Source: Stegostoma tigrinum
Taxonomy: Eukaryota
Assembly (NCBI RefSeq): GCF_030684315.1
Contig: NC_081387.1
Location: 10,684,822-10,748,821, forward strand
Direction of reading: 5' to 3'
DNA length: 64,000 nt
Shown here: in pieces, positions 24,002-36,488 of the stretch
Layout of the letters: every line of letters begins with the position of its first letter
Numbering within the stretch: position 1 is the stretch's first letter
Made by a program: the position numbers and the translations under genes
The notes under the pieces: model-generated
What the model saw: only the letters and a program-made list of their open reading frames with translations
What the model was told of the DNA's origin: nothing
The model's database searches: none

Positions 24002-25019
24002 CTGCCAGGAAGACAAAGGAAAACAAACTGTAAATTATTGATCAACCATTCTCTATGTTGAACCTAGGGAGTGAGGACAAATTTCTATTCCAAAAAACAG
24101 TAGCTTTGGAAGGATAGAGAATAGATATTTTCGGAAAATAAATGCAAGCATGACTTGAACTTGCCTAAATCAATGTTTAGAGTTTGGAAAAGGGCAGACA
24201 AATAACTATGCCTAAAAATTGGATGACAATTTATCATTTGGATAACATATAAAAATCTATGAGTTTACCTGAACTATATCATTTATTCTGTCTGTCATTG
24301 TTTTCCATGTTTCATCACAAATCCCAGACAAAGATACCAGGGATTATCAACTGGAAATGACTCCTGAAGCACCCTAGAAGCAGACACTCAGAAACTGGAT
24401 CATGTATCAAATCGAATAATCTATTTTTGGACATTGTGGGGTTGTAGGGGAACAATTGGGTGTTAGACAGGAGATATATGCAGCTCATTGCTCAGGAGTG
24501 TAGGTTAAGAAATGATACAAAGGACAAATGACAGACACTTAAATCATTTAATCAAGTTAAAAGATAAAGATGATCTACAAATTCAAATGATTAAACTAAA
24601 CAAAATAAAACATTCAATAAACAGACATAAAAATGTAGCAGTGTAGTAGAAATAGTTAATGGTGGATCGGCAGTTAATGACAGAGAGGTGACAAACATAA
24701 TAAATAATTGTTTGTTTGATCTTATTCTGTACCAGACTACTGAAGAAACATGGTCATGTTAAACAAAAAAAAAGCAAAATGAGCAATGAGGTAAGGATAT
24801 TTTGAATAAAAATATCATGTTTGAGAATGTGCACCAGAGTGGATGAATGAGTATAATGAGGGAAAACGGAAGTAGGGGACAAGTGGCAGAATGAATTTTC
24901 GTCTAGCATGGAGACAGAAAACAGAGCGTCTAGTCAAGAATAATTATTCCAAAGGTGAGAAGCTGTGTTTGTGAGGATCGGGGATGGCATCACATCTTTT
25001 CACAAATCGCATTAATTGT

Positions 25020-25320
25020 AGGGTAGAGGAGTCCAAAAATAAGAGGGCATAGGTTTAACGTGAGCAGATAAAGATGTAAAAGGGACCTAAGAGGCAACGT
25101 TTCCACACAGAGGGTGTATGTGTATGGAATGAGCTGCCAGAGGAATTGGTAGAGGCTGGTACAATTACAACATTTAAAAGGTATCTGGATAGACACATGG
25201 ATAAGGAGTGAAAACTGGCAAATGGCACTAAGTTTAATTTAAGATATCCAGCCAGCATGGATGAGTTAAACCAAATGGCCTGTTTCCACCCCATACAACT
25301 CTATGTCTTTATGACTCCAG
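25020..25320 (+). mobile_element. CR1 LINE 3' fragment (in gene A intron)
   Basis: GGAATGAGCTGCCAGAGGAA...ACATTTAAAAGG and tail CTCTATG. Confidence 0.8.
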
Positions 25321-26122
25321 TGATTTTGAGGCTGGAATCAAGAATCAGGTTGCAAATTTGCAGCTATCAAACAGCTAAGGAGAAGTTAGGGATAAACAAA
25401 TGAAGGAGGACAGATTCAATCACCGTAACAGTGAACTTGATGAGAAAGAAATTAAGGGCCACTGGATGAAGAAAAGATATTGTCATTGTCTGCTTGGAAC
25501 AAATTGCCACCTTTCCTGTGTTGTCTACCTGATGTTATCACTATTTACATTGAAAGCATTTTTAACAGCAAAATGCTCACTCTTTGTCATTGATTATGTC
25601 TGAAAACAACGGAGGCAAACTTCTTGAGAAAATATTGCAGAATGACATTTTATAACAAAAGGAAAAAGAAATCCTTTTCCACTCCAGGGACTTACCCACA
25701 TTCAGTATTATGCTACAGTGACCAACACTTCCTATACCTTCTCCCTCAGAGTCGCCTGTACTGATCACTGACTCTGCAGTACATTGTGCATCGCTAATGG
25801 AAATAACTGGTTCAAAATCAATAAGACTGAGAGTTACAAACATGCTTATTGTCTTTCTAAGCAATTTAACAAAACTACAAATCTATTTCATGAAATTTGA
25901 CAGATAAATTAACATATCACTGATCAGGATCTGGGTATAGATCACTGTTGGATGAATGGCATAATTATCTAATAAGACTAAAATGAAAGAATGATTTCTT
26001 ATGAATTATTTACACATTTCAACACTCAAAAAAATTCAGAAACTGTAATTAAAAATGATAAAAAAAGCTATTATTTTTCATTCCAGGAACCGACCCACAT
26101 TCAGTATAATGTAAACACTTAC

Positions 26123-26186
26123 CAGGAATGCCAATGACTGCAAGAATTGTATAATATGCTTTCTTGATAGTGAGAAGCGTTTCCAT
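26123..26186 (-). CDS. GPR139-like gene A, exon 1
   Basis: ATG at 26186; METLLTIKKAYYTILAVIGIP + G|GTAAGT donor (26122). Phase 1 joins exon 2 in frame within TM1 (GIP-V-NLL). Confidence 0.88.
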
Positions 26187-26392
26187 ATTTTTCTCTGTGA
26201 AGTGGTCTGCCCCTTGGTGCTGCTGACAATCTCTGTAAATTCGACTCTGAGGCAATATACTCACAGAGCCTCATATTTGTACTTCGTGGCATTTCCACTA
26301 GGGAATTGACATTGCACAATTGTTCAATGTAGCTTCTTTAGAGACAAGGTGAACCTAACTGCGGTAAACAATTTAACTCATTATTATGAGGG

Positions 26393-26462
26393 AATATATA
26401 TATCATTGAGATTGAATAGGACATTCGGAAAAAAAAGAGCAATTTTCATCCCATTAATTTGC
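26393..26462 (-). promoter_or_regulatory. Putative core promoter of GPCR gene A: TATATATA box plus upstream GCAAATTAATG motif
   Basis: TATA starts at 26402 on -; motif at 26462-26452. The same arrangement occurs in gene B. Confidence 0.5.
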
Positions 26463-27048
26463 TAACTCAAATTGCAAACTGCAGTCTGACAGCAATAGTT
26501 TTAATCAGCACTTCACACTGCACAAGAGGCCAGAATTCATGAAAACCTGATAATTTAGAAAGATCTGGGACTCAAGATGGTGGGTGTACGAGGTTTTAAA
26601 TTCTAGATGAAAATACGTCTGAAGAGCTAAGCTGAAGTTTAACCATAAGAGGACAGGGTGGAAGAAACAAAGAAAGAAACAAAATTGAGAGACCACAGAG
26701 AGAGAGAGAAAAATACTTGGGGGAATATTAGATCTATCCAAACCTCCCAGAAGAACAAGAGACCTGCTTGTGACCTTAACTAACCACAGTTATAAAATCG
26801 AGTGACAGATGAAATGAAAATAACAGAAATCTTTCACAGGATATGAACATAACTAGCCAGGCCAAGATTTATTGCCCATCCCTCAAAGCCCAGAGGTACT
26901 TGAGGGCCAGCCAAATTACTGTGGCTCTAGAATCACATGGAGGCCAGATTGGTGAAAACAACCAACTTCCGAAATGTACTAACTTTTTAGATCTAAAGGA
27001 TATTTATGAACCAGCAAGGTTTGCCCAAAAACCAACAATGGTTTCATG

Positions 27049-27267
27049 GTTAGTGATAATGGGAACTGCAGATGCTGGAGAATCCAAGATGACAAACTGT
27101 GTGGCTGGATGGACACAGCAGGCCAAGCAGCATCTCAGGAGCACAAAAGCTGACGTTTCGGGCCTAGACCGTTCATGAAGGGCCTAGGCCCAAAACGTCA
27201 GCTTTTGTGCTCCTGAGGTGCTGCTTGGCCTGCTGTGTTCATCTAGCTCCACACTTTGATATCTTAT
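27049..27267. mobile_element. Penelope-derived hairpin insertion
   Basis: Inverted arms meet at overlapping hammerhead-like cores; 12-bp flanking repeat AATGGTTTCATG at 27037 and 27268. Confidence 0.8.
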
Positions 27268-27799
27268 AATGGTTTCATGATTATTGTTCAACTGTTTTAA
27301 AAAATTGAATTTAAATTCCACCATCTGCTCTATCAGCATTTGTGCCCAGGCCCTCACAGAATTATCAGGGTCTTTTGACTAATAGTGTAGTGATAATGCC
27401 ACTAGGCAAGGACTCTGAGACACAACAGCAGCTGAATGCAAGGGCAACAACATAACAATGCAAGACAAAGCATCAAAGAGCAGATAAAAATATTTTCTGT
27501 ATTGTTAAGGCCGTATTGTATTTAACTGCTTAATTAACTCTTTTTAATGTGGAGAAATGTTTGATGTAGCTATACAGATGATAGTATACATGGACTTAGG
27601 CCTCCAACAGTTATTTAATAAAACACCACACACCAGATCTGGGTGAAATATTGCAGTGCAGGGAATAAGAACAGTGGAAACATAGGTATAACAATGACAG
27701 AGATAATAATCAGAGCAGTGATGAATGTTTGGTTTTCGGACTGTGGAAGGTTTATATTAAGATTTTACAGATATTGTTGTCAGGAACCTTTGTTCTTTT

Positions 27800-28390
27800 A
27801 GCCTTTATTGGCCAGTGCATCGAGTGAAGGAATTGTCATGTTGCAGCTGTACAGGCCATTAGTGAAGCCGTTCTTGGAATACTGCTATGCGAAAGGTGTG
27901 GTTAAATTTGAAAAGGTGCAGGAAACAAATACAACAATCTTTCTGGGATTGGACGGTTTAAGCTGTACGGTGAGACTGAATAGACTGGAACTATTTTCCC
28001 GAGAGCATTGGAGGCTGTTCTGAGAGAGGTTTATGAATTCATCAGGGGCACAGATATGGTAAATAGCCAGGGCCTTTTTCCCAGGGTAGAGTTGTCCAAA
28101 ACCAGAGGATATAGGTTTAAGTTTAGATAGGAAAAATATAAAAGGGACATAATCAGCAACTTTTTCACGCAAATGGTAGTGTGTATATGGAATCAGCTGC
28201 CAAATGAAGTTGTAGATGCTTGTATCATGACAACATTTAAAAGACATCTGTGCAGGTACATGAAAAGAGGAAGTTTAAAGGGATATTGGCCAAATGGTGC
28301 CAAATGGGATGATATTAATTTACGATGTCTGGTCAGCATGGACGAGTTGGAATGAAGGGTCTATTTGCATGTTTCTCACGTCTATGACTC
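27800..28390 (+). mobile_element. CR1 LINE 3' fragment
   Basis: LQLYRPLVKPFLEYC and VVCIWNQLPNEVVDA..TFKRHL match the CR1 ORF2 end. Confidence 0.85.
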
Positions 28391-30179
28391 GACAAGTTAA
28401 TGACAAAGACTCTTGTGTCTCGAGCAGAATTTCAAAATTGTGGATGCTGCAATATATTTATATTGGTTTTATACTACAATATTTATCCCTCTATCAATAT
28501 ATCAATGAAACTTGGGTGTGTTGTGAACTGTGAGGAGAATACTGTTGCATTCATCTTTAAAATGACATTGACAAATTGGTGGAATAGACAGTCAAGTGTT
28601 AGATGAAATATAATGCAAGAAAATATGAAGTGAGTAATTTTGGTAGAACGAACATGGAGACACCAAATGAAATTAAAAGGGATGAGTTTATTCCTCAGCC
28701 ATACAGGGTGCTGCTGTGATTATATCTCAAGTACTGTGCACAGCATTGGTCATCTTCTTTAAAGAATGTTTCATTAGACTAATGCCTGGAATAAGAAGAA
28801 TGTCTGATGAGGGAAGGTTAGCTAGATTTCGAGCCACTGGAGAGAAGAAGAGCAAGAGGTAATTTGATTGAAATTTATTGTCCTGAATTGTGTTTCAACT
28901 TGCAAAGAAATTGATTTTCAGACTCTAAAATATAACCCTTTACATCGTGGAGACTGCTGCATATTCCTTTGTCTCTTTAATGTTTTTATCTAGCTTTCCC
29001 TCTTCCTCTTAAATGCATCCTATTTTAAATACCAATTTGCGAATTCAAAGAGACAACATCCTTGCTTCTGTGATGATTCCAATGCATTATATAAACATAG
29101 TTGATGTGAAGCTGTCTCACAACTAATGTAGACCAAAATATGTTTTATAAGAATGTGGGATTGATCAGAGAATCAGATGACCTTATTTGTTGCTCTGAGA
29201 TGGTTGGCAGATCAGAAGAATTAGCGACAACTGTCAGTATTCCCTTAGATGGTTGTCTTCTTGATTCTGAGTCACAAGGGCACTACTGAGGGACTGCTGC
29301 AGAGTCAAATACTGATGTTCCATGAAGTTTCAAACTGACACCCTATCTCGTTGGTTATGTGAAGGTACAATATCCTATGACACTGTTTCAAAGGAAAGCC
29401 ACTGAATGTGGCTGTGTACGTGGCCAATATCTATCCCTCTATCATTATCTCAGAACAGTTGGACTGATTGTTATCTCATTTTGCAAACAAATGTGTGAGT
29501 GTGCTATATGCATATCGGTGTTATTTTTCCCAATTTACAACAGCGAGTGCACTTCAAAAGTACTTTATTGGCAGTAATGACTTTTAAGATATTAAGTGAT
29601 TGTGCGATTGTGAAAATGTTTGTGAACAAGCTTTTCTTTAAAAAAAGAACAAAAAGTGGAGTTGGAGAGACTGAGCAATGAAAATAATAGCAAAGAGACA
29701 AAAACAACAATTTAAAATGTGTAAATGTAGCCTTGGATTGAAGTTTCTATTGCATTAACAAAACAGAGACACACCATGAATAAGTATGGAAAGTGGTTCA
29801 TTATTTTCAGCTTTCTTTTCTTTTAGAGTGTTGGTGTGGGTTTGTTTGCAGGAAAATTAGTTAGTGGAAGGAACAAAAAGGAAGAGAATGTTGTGCGGGA
29901 ATTTCCTTTTTTTTGATGCTGCAGCACTTGACATTTCATTGAATTAAACACTGAAATAAGATTTTGCATCCTCTGGTTGGAAACTACCATCTGACCCAGA
30001 CAGGGACATGTATCTGCAATGTGATCAGAGCCAGGGAGCTAAATGGCACTTGAGCTTCAGTGGCAAGAATGAACCACACCTACCAGACTGTATTGCTAGC
30101 AGTGCCAATCTCTAATGGACTTGTGTGGAGCATGCTATATTAAGGAAGTCAAAAAATGCTTTGTTTTTGGCTGATTGTG

Positions 30180-30530
30180 GGTTAGAATCCCCACAGTGTG
30201 GAAGCAGGCCACGAGACCCATCACGTCCACCCTGACTCTCTCAGTGCTAGTCCAACCAGACCATGAACCTCTCCCTGTAACCCAGCATTTTGCATGCCTC
30301 ACCCACTCAGTCTGCATATCCCTGGACACCATGGCCGATTTTGCATGGCCAATTCACCTAACCTGCACATCGTTGAACTGTGGGAGGAAAGTGGAGCACC
30401 CAGAGGAAGCCCTGGAAGACATGCAGAGAATGTATAAACTCCACACAGACAGTCACCCGAGATTGGAATCAAACCCAAGTTCCTGATGTTATGAGGCAGC
30501 AGTGCTCACTGCCAAGCCACTGTGTCACCT
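30180..30530 (-). mobile_element. HE1-type SINE
   Basis: Reverse-complement match to the SINE at 21304-21625. Confidence 0.75.
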
Positions 30531-31289
30531 ATTGGAGCTACATTGTTATTTGGAGCAACTCTCCTCATAATGCCAAGTGTAATCTCTTACAGATTTTTTT
30601 TAACAAAACTTGCCCTTATTTGTGTCTGTCACATCAGACTCTCTCCCCATTTTAATACGCACCATTGCTGGAATAGCTCCACTTCTTATATGCTAAAAGA
30701 CCAGCATATCTGGTACCTGTGCTACCTTGGAAAGACCACTGTGCAGCTGGTAAGCATTAACAATATGAAGCTACTCTGCTTGGTCAAAGACAAATCTGAA
30801 CATGTCGGAGTTGGGGAAAATAATGTCACAATTCTCCAGCAGGGACTTGGAAGTCCTGGTGGAGGGAATAGTGCTAAAGATGGGTATCAGCTTCCTGAAG
30901 AGCTGGTAGAGAAGGCTGCACCACCAGACCCTCAATTCTTGGTCCATGTTTGGCATCAGTGCTGTCTCACAAGTGTGGTGTAACAGACAATAGTACTTTA
31001 AAAAGCCTTCTCTATTCCCCCATGTAAATGACACATTATTCTCACTGCTGCTTCACATATTACAAAGCAATAAAGAAGTCTGTGCTGCGCAGAACTCCAG
31101 CAGTAATTTCAGTTGAGGGGCAGAAATAAAGTTAAATAACAAAGCACCAAAAGGCCTAGTTCCACTTGCATGGCTCCGATGTTAGATTTGCAAAAGCCAA
31201 CATTTCCTCTCTGGCTAAAGACTTGAATGTACTGTCTAGTATTCATGGATACATTTCCATGACAAATAGGAAAAACAAAATCCCAGCAT

Positions 31290-31880
31290 TGCACAATGAT
31301 GCCACCCGAAGGCTGCAGGAGCAGCAACTCATATTCCGCTTGGGAACCCTGCAGCCCAATGGTATAAATGTGGACTTCACCAGCTTCAAAATCTCCCCTT
31401 CCCGCACAGCATCCCAAAGCCAGCCCAGTTCGTGCCCTCCCCCCACTGCACCACACAACCAGCCCAGCTCTTCCCCTCCACTCACTGCATCCCAAAACCA
31501 GTCCAACCTGTCTCTGCCTCCCTAACCTGTTCTTCCTCTCACCCATCCCTTCCTCCCACCCCAAGCCGCACCTCCATCTCCTACCTACCAACCTCATCCC
31601 ACCTCCTTGGCCTGCCCGTCTTCCCTGGGCTGACCTATCCCCTCCCTACCTCCCCACCTATACTCTCCTCTCCACCTATCTTCTTTTCTCTCCATCTTCA
31701 GTCCGCCTCCCCCTCTCTCCCTATTTATTCCAGAACCCTCACCCCATCCCCCTCTCTGATGAAGGGTCTAGGCTCGAAATGTCAGCTTTTGCGCTCCTGA
31801 GATGCTGCTGGGCCTGCTGTGTTCATCCAGCCTCACATTTTATTATCTTGGATTCTCCAGCATCTGCAGTTCCCATTATC
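31290..31880 (+). mobile_element. Penelope-like element 3' end (GIY-YIG endonuclease C-terminus + pseudo-LTR)
   Basis: HNDATRRLQEQQLIFRLGTLQPNGINVDF is typical of the Penelope/Poseidon ORF end; hammerhead-like core at 31756-31785. Confidence 0.85.
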
Positions 31881-34800
31881 ATTGTTATACCCTGTCTATT
31901 CGAGTTAAAACCCACTTTTAACAGGTGCTTATTAATTTGTCGGTACAATAATGAGCATTTGCAAGTGTGATATGACATTTTAATTGGACTTTCTAAACCT
32001 TCACTTCTAATGCATGCACATGTTCCTATCAATGTTTTATGCCGTCTATGTTTCATATGCGTTGTCTTTCTATTTCATTTTCAGCACTTGATCTGCTATT
32101 AAATTACCTTACACTCCTCTCATTCCTTGCATTGTATCTGTCCAAATCTGTCCAACGACGAATCAGCTTCTCTGTTCTGCCAAGTCACGGATATTTGATC
32201 AAGGTCCATCACTCAGGAAACGTCAATGAGAAAATTTGAAATAATTTTCTGAAAATTGCATCCAACTGTGTTATGTTACACTGAAACAATGGGGGGAATT
32301 GAATGTTTTGTGAGCATTGCATTAAAATGGAAATATTTGGTAAGGAGGAATATGGGAGTGGAAATAAGAAATGGGATGAAATACCTGAGAGACAGGTATG
32401 GAAAAGGTAAGAGTGGATTCGTGTGGAAAACGAGTGCGCAATGGTGAGTGGGCAATGTGGGAATAGGAGGGAGCATCAGGAAATTGTCAAAGTAAATGAG
32501 GAATGGAAAAACACAGATAGATGTTTGGATTATAAAGTAGTAGAATAGGGAACAAGGCAGTGGCAGTATGGAATGAGTGAGTCATTGAAAAAGGAGGAAA
32601 AAGAAACAGGAAGATATGAGGGAGAGTTGGAGGGGAGGGGAGGGGTTAAGTTCGGCAGAGAAGGACTATTTATTCATGATCTTTCAAAGGCAATCTACAT
32701 TGGGTCCTATTATTCCCTCCATGTTATCTCCTCCATCTGCAACTCCATATCTCTCCATAATCATCCTGGCATACACCTCTCCCTATTCTCTACCTCTACA
32801 TGTCCTAAAACTTAACTATTTCTATCAGGGACAGTCACAGTAATATTTATGTTCTCAATTGTCTCTCACGAGACAAGAAAGAATCCTTATCATCTGTGCC
32901 AACTCCTCCAGATTGAAAATGTCTCCAATATTCTGCAACCTGTTTCAGCCATTGAACTTTTCACTGTTTCAGTAATTTCTCACAGTCCACCCAAACCTGT
33001 ATCATTCAGCCTGCTCTGTGCGAATTGCCACATTTCAGGCATTACACTGGCAGCTACACTGAAGACAAAGATTACATTTTCAGAGCAGGGCAGCATTTGA
33101 TTTACTGAGGGATCTAGAAGCAAAGGCAGCAGCAATAGTTAATTGGGTCATTGAAGAGGCAGACCAGGCTCTTGTCTGCATCAGTTATGGCAGAGATTTT
33201 TGGGAGAAGGAGGGTTTTGTGGGATTTTACAGGTTATTGGTTTTCATCAGCTGAACCACAGTGTACAGTTCTGGTGACCACACAATGGAAAGGATGTGGT
33301 TTCACTGAATGGGGGGCAGAAGATATTGCCTGGATTGGAGTATTTCACCTATAACAGAGCCTTAACTTTTGTGCTCCTGAGATGCTGCTTGGCCTGCTCT
33401 GTTCATCCAGCCTCACATTTTATTACCCTTAATTAGCTGGTGTTGCTTTCTTTGGAGCAGAGAAGACTAAGTGGGTATCTGATTAACAAAGATAATGTTA
33501 TGTAGGACATGGACAAGGTGGATGGAAAACATCAGTTCTCACTAGTTGAAGGGCCAATACAAAGACGGCATAATTTCAAAGTGAGAGGCAGGAGATGTAG
33601 AGGGGATTTAGGAAAGAAAAATCACGCAGATGTTACGGGTGTCTAGAACACACTGCTTGGAGGGGTATTTGAGGTTGGAAACCTTCAAAAATCAATTAGC
33701 GGAGCAGTTGAAATCTCTCTGTCAATCACTAGAAGGTGGAAACAGAGCATTTTTGCTAGAACAGACTTCGTTGAGCCAAAGTACTTTTACAGAACTGTAC
33801 GATCCCATAATTCAATGTATCTGTACTTCAGTGCAACAACTTGGTGTAAATTATGCAGTATTTTTGAAACATTGTAGATCCATTCAGTTAAAAAAAACAT
33901 GGATTTATTCAAGTCAAATTTAGTTTCATTAATTTGATTAAATTGATTGATTTGTTCATTTATTTTTATTATGAGCAAGCGAGGAGATAATACAAGGATA
34001 CTGCAGTTTAGTGTACACCCTCTTCTGAAAACCCACATGTTAAAAAAAATCACTAAATGTGAAATGCTTAAAATAGAAATCATCAAAATCCCATTTGCTG
34101 ATAACAATAGACAAAATTCATGACATTGGAGGCAGTGTTGGTGCAAATATAGAATTCAAAACAGTACATTGATAGATTCATTGATCTGCAGCAAATCAAT
34201 TCAAGATCAATAAACATGAATCCATTCATTGCTAAAGAGGGAAAAGTTTTAAAGAGCACACATGAAATGAGGTATTGATAACATGACATTCATAACCATA
34301 CTGTTTACCCAATCATTCTTTGCCTCTCCAAATGTACGGAAGTCCGATCTTTCAGAATCACGTATAGTTGTAGAATGCAATCAACTTTTATATACACTCG
34401 CAAACCACGTCAGACATCAATGTATTTGGTGAAATGTCACATAATTGTGAAACAAATTTATTGCATCACTGAAGAAAATCTGGGTATATCTGGAAACAGA
34501 GATGAAATTTACAAACTCAGAGAATTTTTCATTCATCTCAACAGACTCAGACAAAAATCAACTGTTAAAACTGATGATGAAATTCAAACCACAGTAAAGG
34601 TTCTGAACTCAAACTTATTACAAAGAACAATGAGGATTACGTAACGTGAATCGTGCAGATACACTATCATCACCACATTAACTGCCAGCAAGGCCTTCAT
34701 CCCTTGCAACATGACTTACAGGAAATAAACAATGTTCTTCAATTGCTTATTGCAATAGAAAACAGCATTTTGTGGCACTGACAGGAAATGGACTCTACAA

Positions 34801-36260
34801 TTGAAGAAAGTATCTCGCTCACACCATCTCAAGGGCAACCAGGGATGGTAACAACTACTAGAATGGACATTCTGTTGAAAATGAAAACATTGCCCGCACA
34901 TCTAATGTTATTTGGGAGTAACTGTATGTCAGAGGGTAATAATTTTTGATCATGGTTGAATCACTCAGTGAAACATTTTGAGACAAAGAAGGCAGAGTCT
35001 TTGGTTGTCCTAACATGCGTATGCGCATTCAAAATTGGAAACATGATCCTGGGAATTTATGTTTCCCTCAACATTTACTCTTGACCATGGATTCCCATTT
35101 GCTTGAAAGTAAGTTGCCAAGATTTGATGACTTTGAATAGCATTGACTTTACGGAAAGGCAATGAGTTAATGTTGTTCACTGAACACTAAACTCAAGCTA
35201 CTATATTCATATTAAATTGAGAGCCATACGACATGCTGATAAAGAGTAGAAATTGATTTGAGGACCTAATTTTGCATGTTGACATCAGCTTTGCAATTTA
35301 ACTATTAGTGTTCAGTCATTTTGGAGAACTGACTGCTGTTAAAACAGTGTCAATTCATTCAACTGTGTTGTTTAGTTTCAAAATATTAATTGGCATTTTA
35401 ACAATTGAAACAGAACTGTGAGAAACATTAACAGAAGGCGCACATGCTAGAACACATTTGCATTATATTATGTGGAAGAAAAGCTTTGAAATGTATGTTT
35501 TACAGCAGACACCCATTATTAAGCAATATAATGTTGAAAACTACTTCTTAAATAGGCATATTTTATGATGCTTATAATTTAGACAACTTTGACTCCCAGG
35601 TTATTCATAAATCTCATCAAATAATCAATCCACACCTCTTTTATGACAGACATTACACATTTAATGGATATTATTGAAAGGTACATCCGAACTATATGTA
35701 ATCATTGTCTGTTTGAATCATAATATGGATACATGATTTACATACATTTAGGGATTATCTCATGAAAATCTTCATCAACCAAAAGGATTAATACCATTCT
35801 GCTTGTTGTATCTTTTTAATCTGAATACACCAATGTTTTTGTGCTGACAAGGTAGGAAATGTTTGCAAGTTTCCCTTTCAATATCAACTCAGTCTGTTCA
35901 ATAGCTGAAGAGATTCATTTGTCTCTATACAGTTTGCTGCCATTTTGCTCTCATGTGCAGTTGTTCATTGCTGAATTGTAGAAAGCAAACTATTAAATTA
36001 AAGACTTCAGGTGAGTTGAAGCTAAACATCATCTTGCTGCTCATTGAAGTTCCAGCTTGCTGAAGGCCAACTGGAGCCCAAGCTCTTACAAACTTCAAAA
36101 CCAGAAACAGTGAGGATTCAGTTTTTAATAGAAATGCAGACCACCTATTCCAAAAAATAATTATGAATTAATGGCTAAGCCTATGTCAGATGCAATGAAG
36201 ATATTGATGAGTGACACGGTTTTGAGTTTCATTGATCAACTATGTCTAGATGAATTGGGT

Positions 36261-36488
36261 TAAATGGACTCAGTAACATGAGTTCTGGCAGCCTCTGTGA
36301 AGAGTTCTGAGTCTATATTGTGAAAGGTTACTTCGGTTCAACCATCAATAGTTTCAGAAAACAACATACTACAAACTGTAAAGTAGCTGGCAAAATGTTT
36401 CCACAATGTTTGTTGTCAATCTGTGCAAGTTACATTAACACATTATGACTGAATGTCTGTAATTTCTCAAATATCTGCTCCTGTCCAG
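36261..36488 (+). repeat. Diverged local duplication (partner at 38681-38973)
   Basis: Shared blocks GAAAACAACATACTA...CCACAATGTTTG...AATCTGTGCAAGTTA...CACATTATGACTG...TTCTCAAATATCTGCT and AAATGGACTC...TTCTGGCAGCCTCT. Confidence 0.75.

Noticed and set aside
24002-24026. ORF-track start MFSFVFLA for the GPCR
   Set aside because: This is the intron acceptor tract. TM1 is completed by exon 1 at 26186-26123.
26187-26264. Longer N-terminus for GPCR gene A
   Set aside because: It begins at a non-ATG codon. The first in-frame ATG is 26186.
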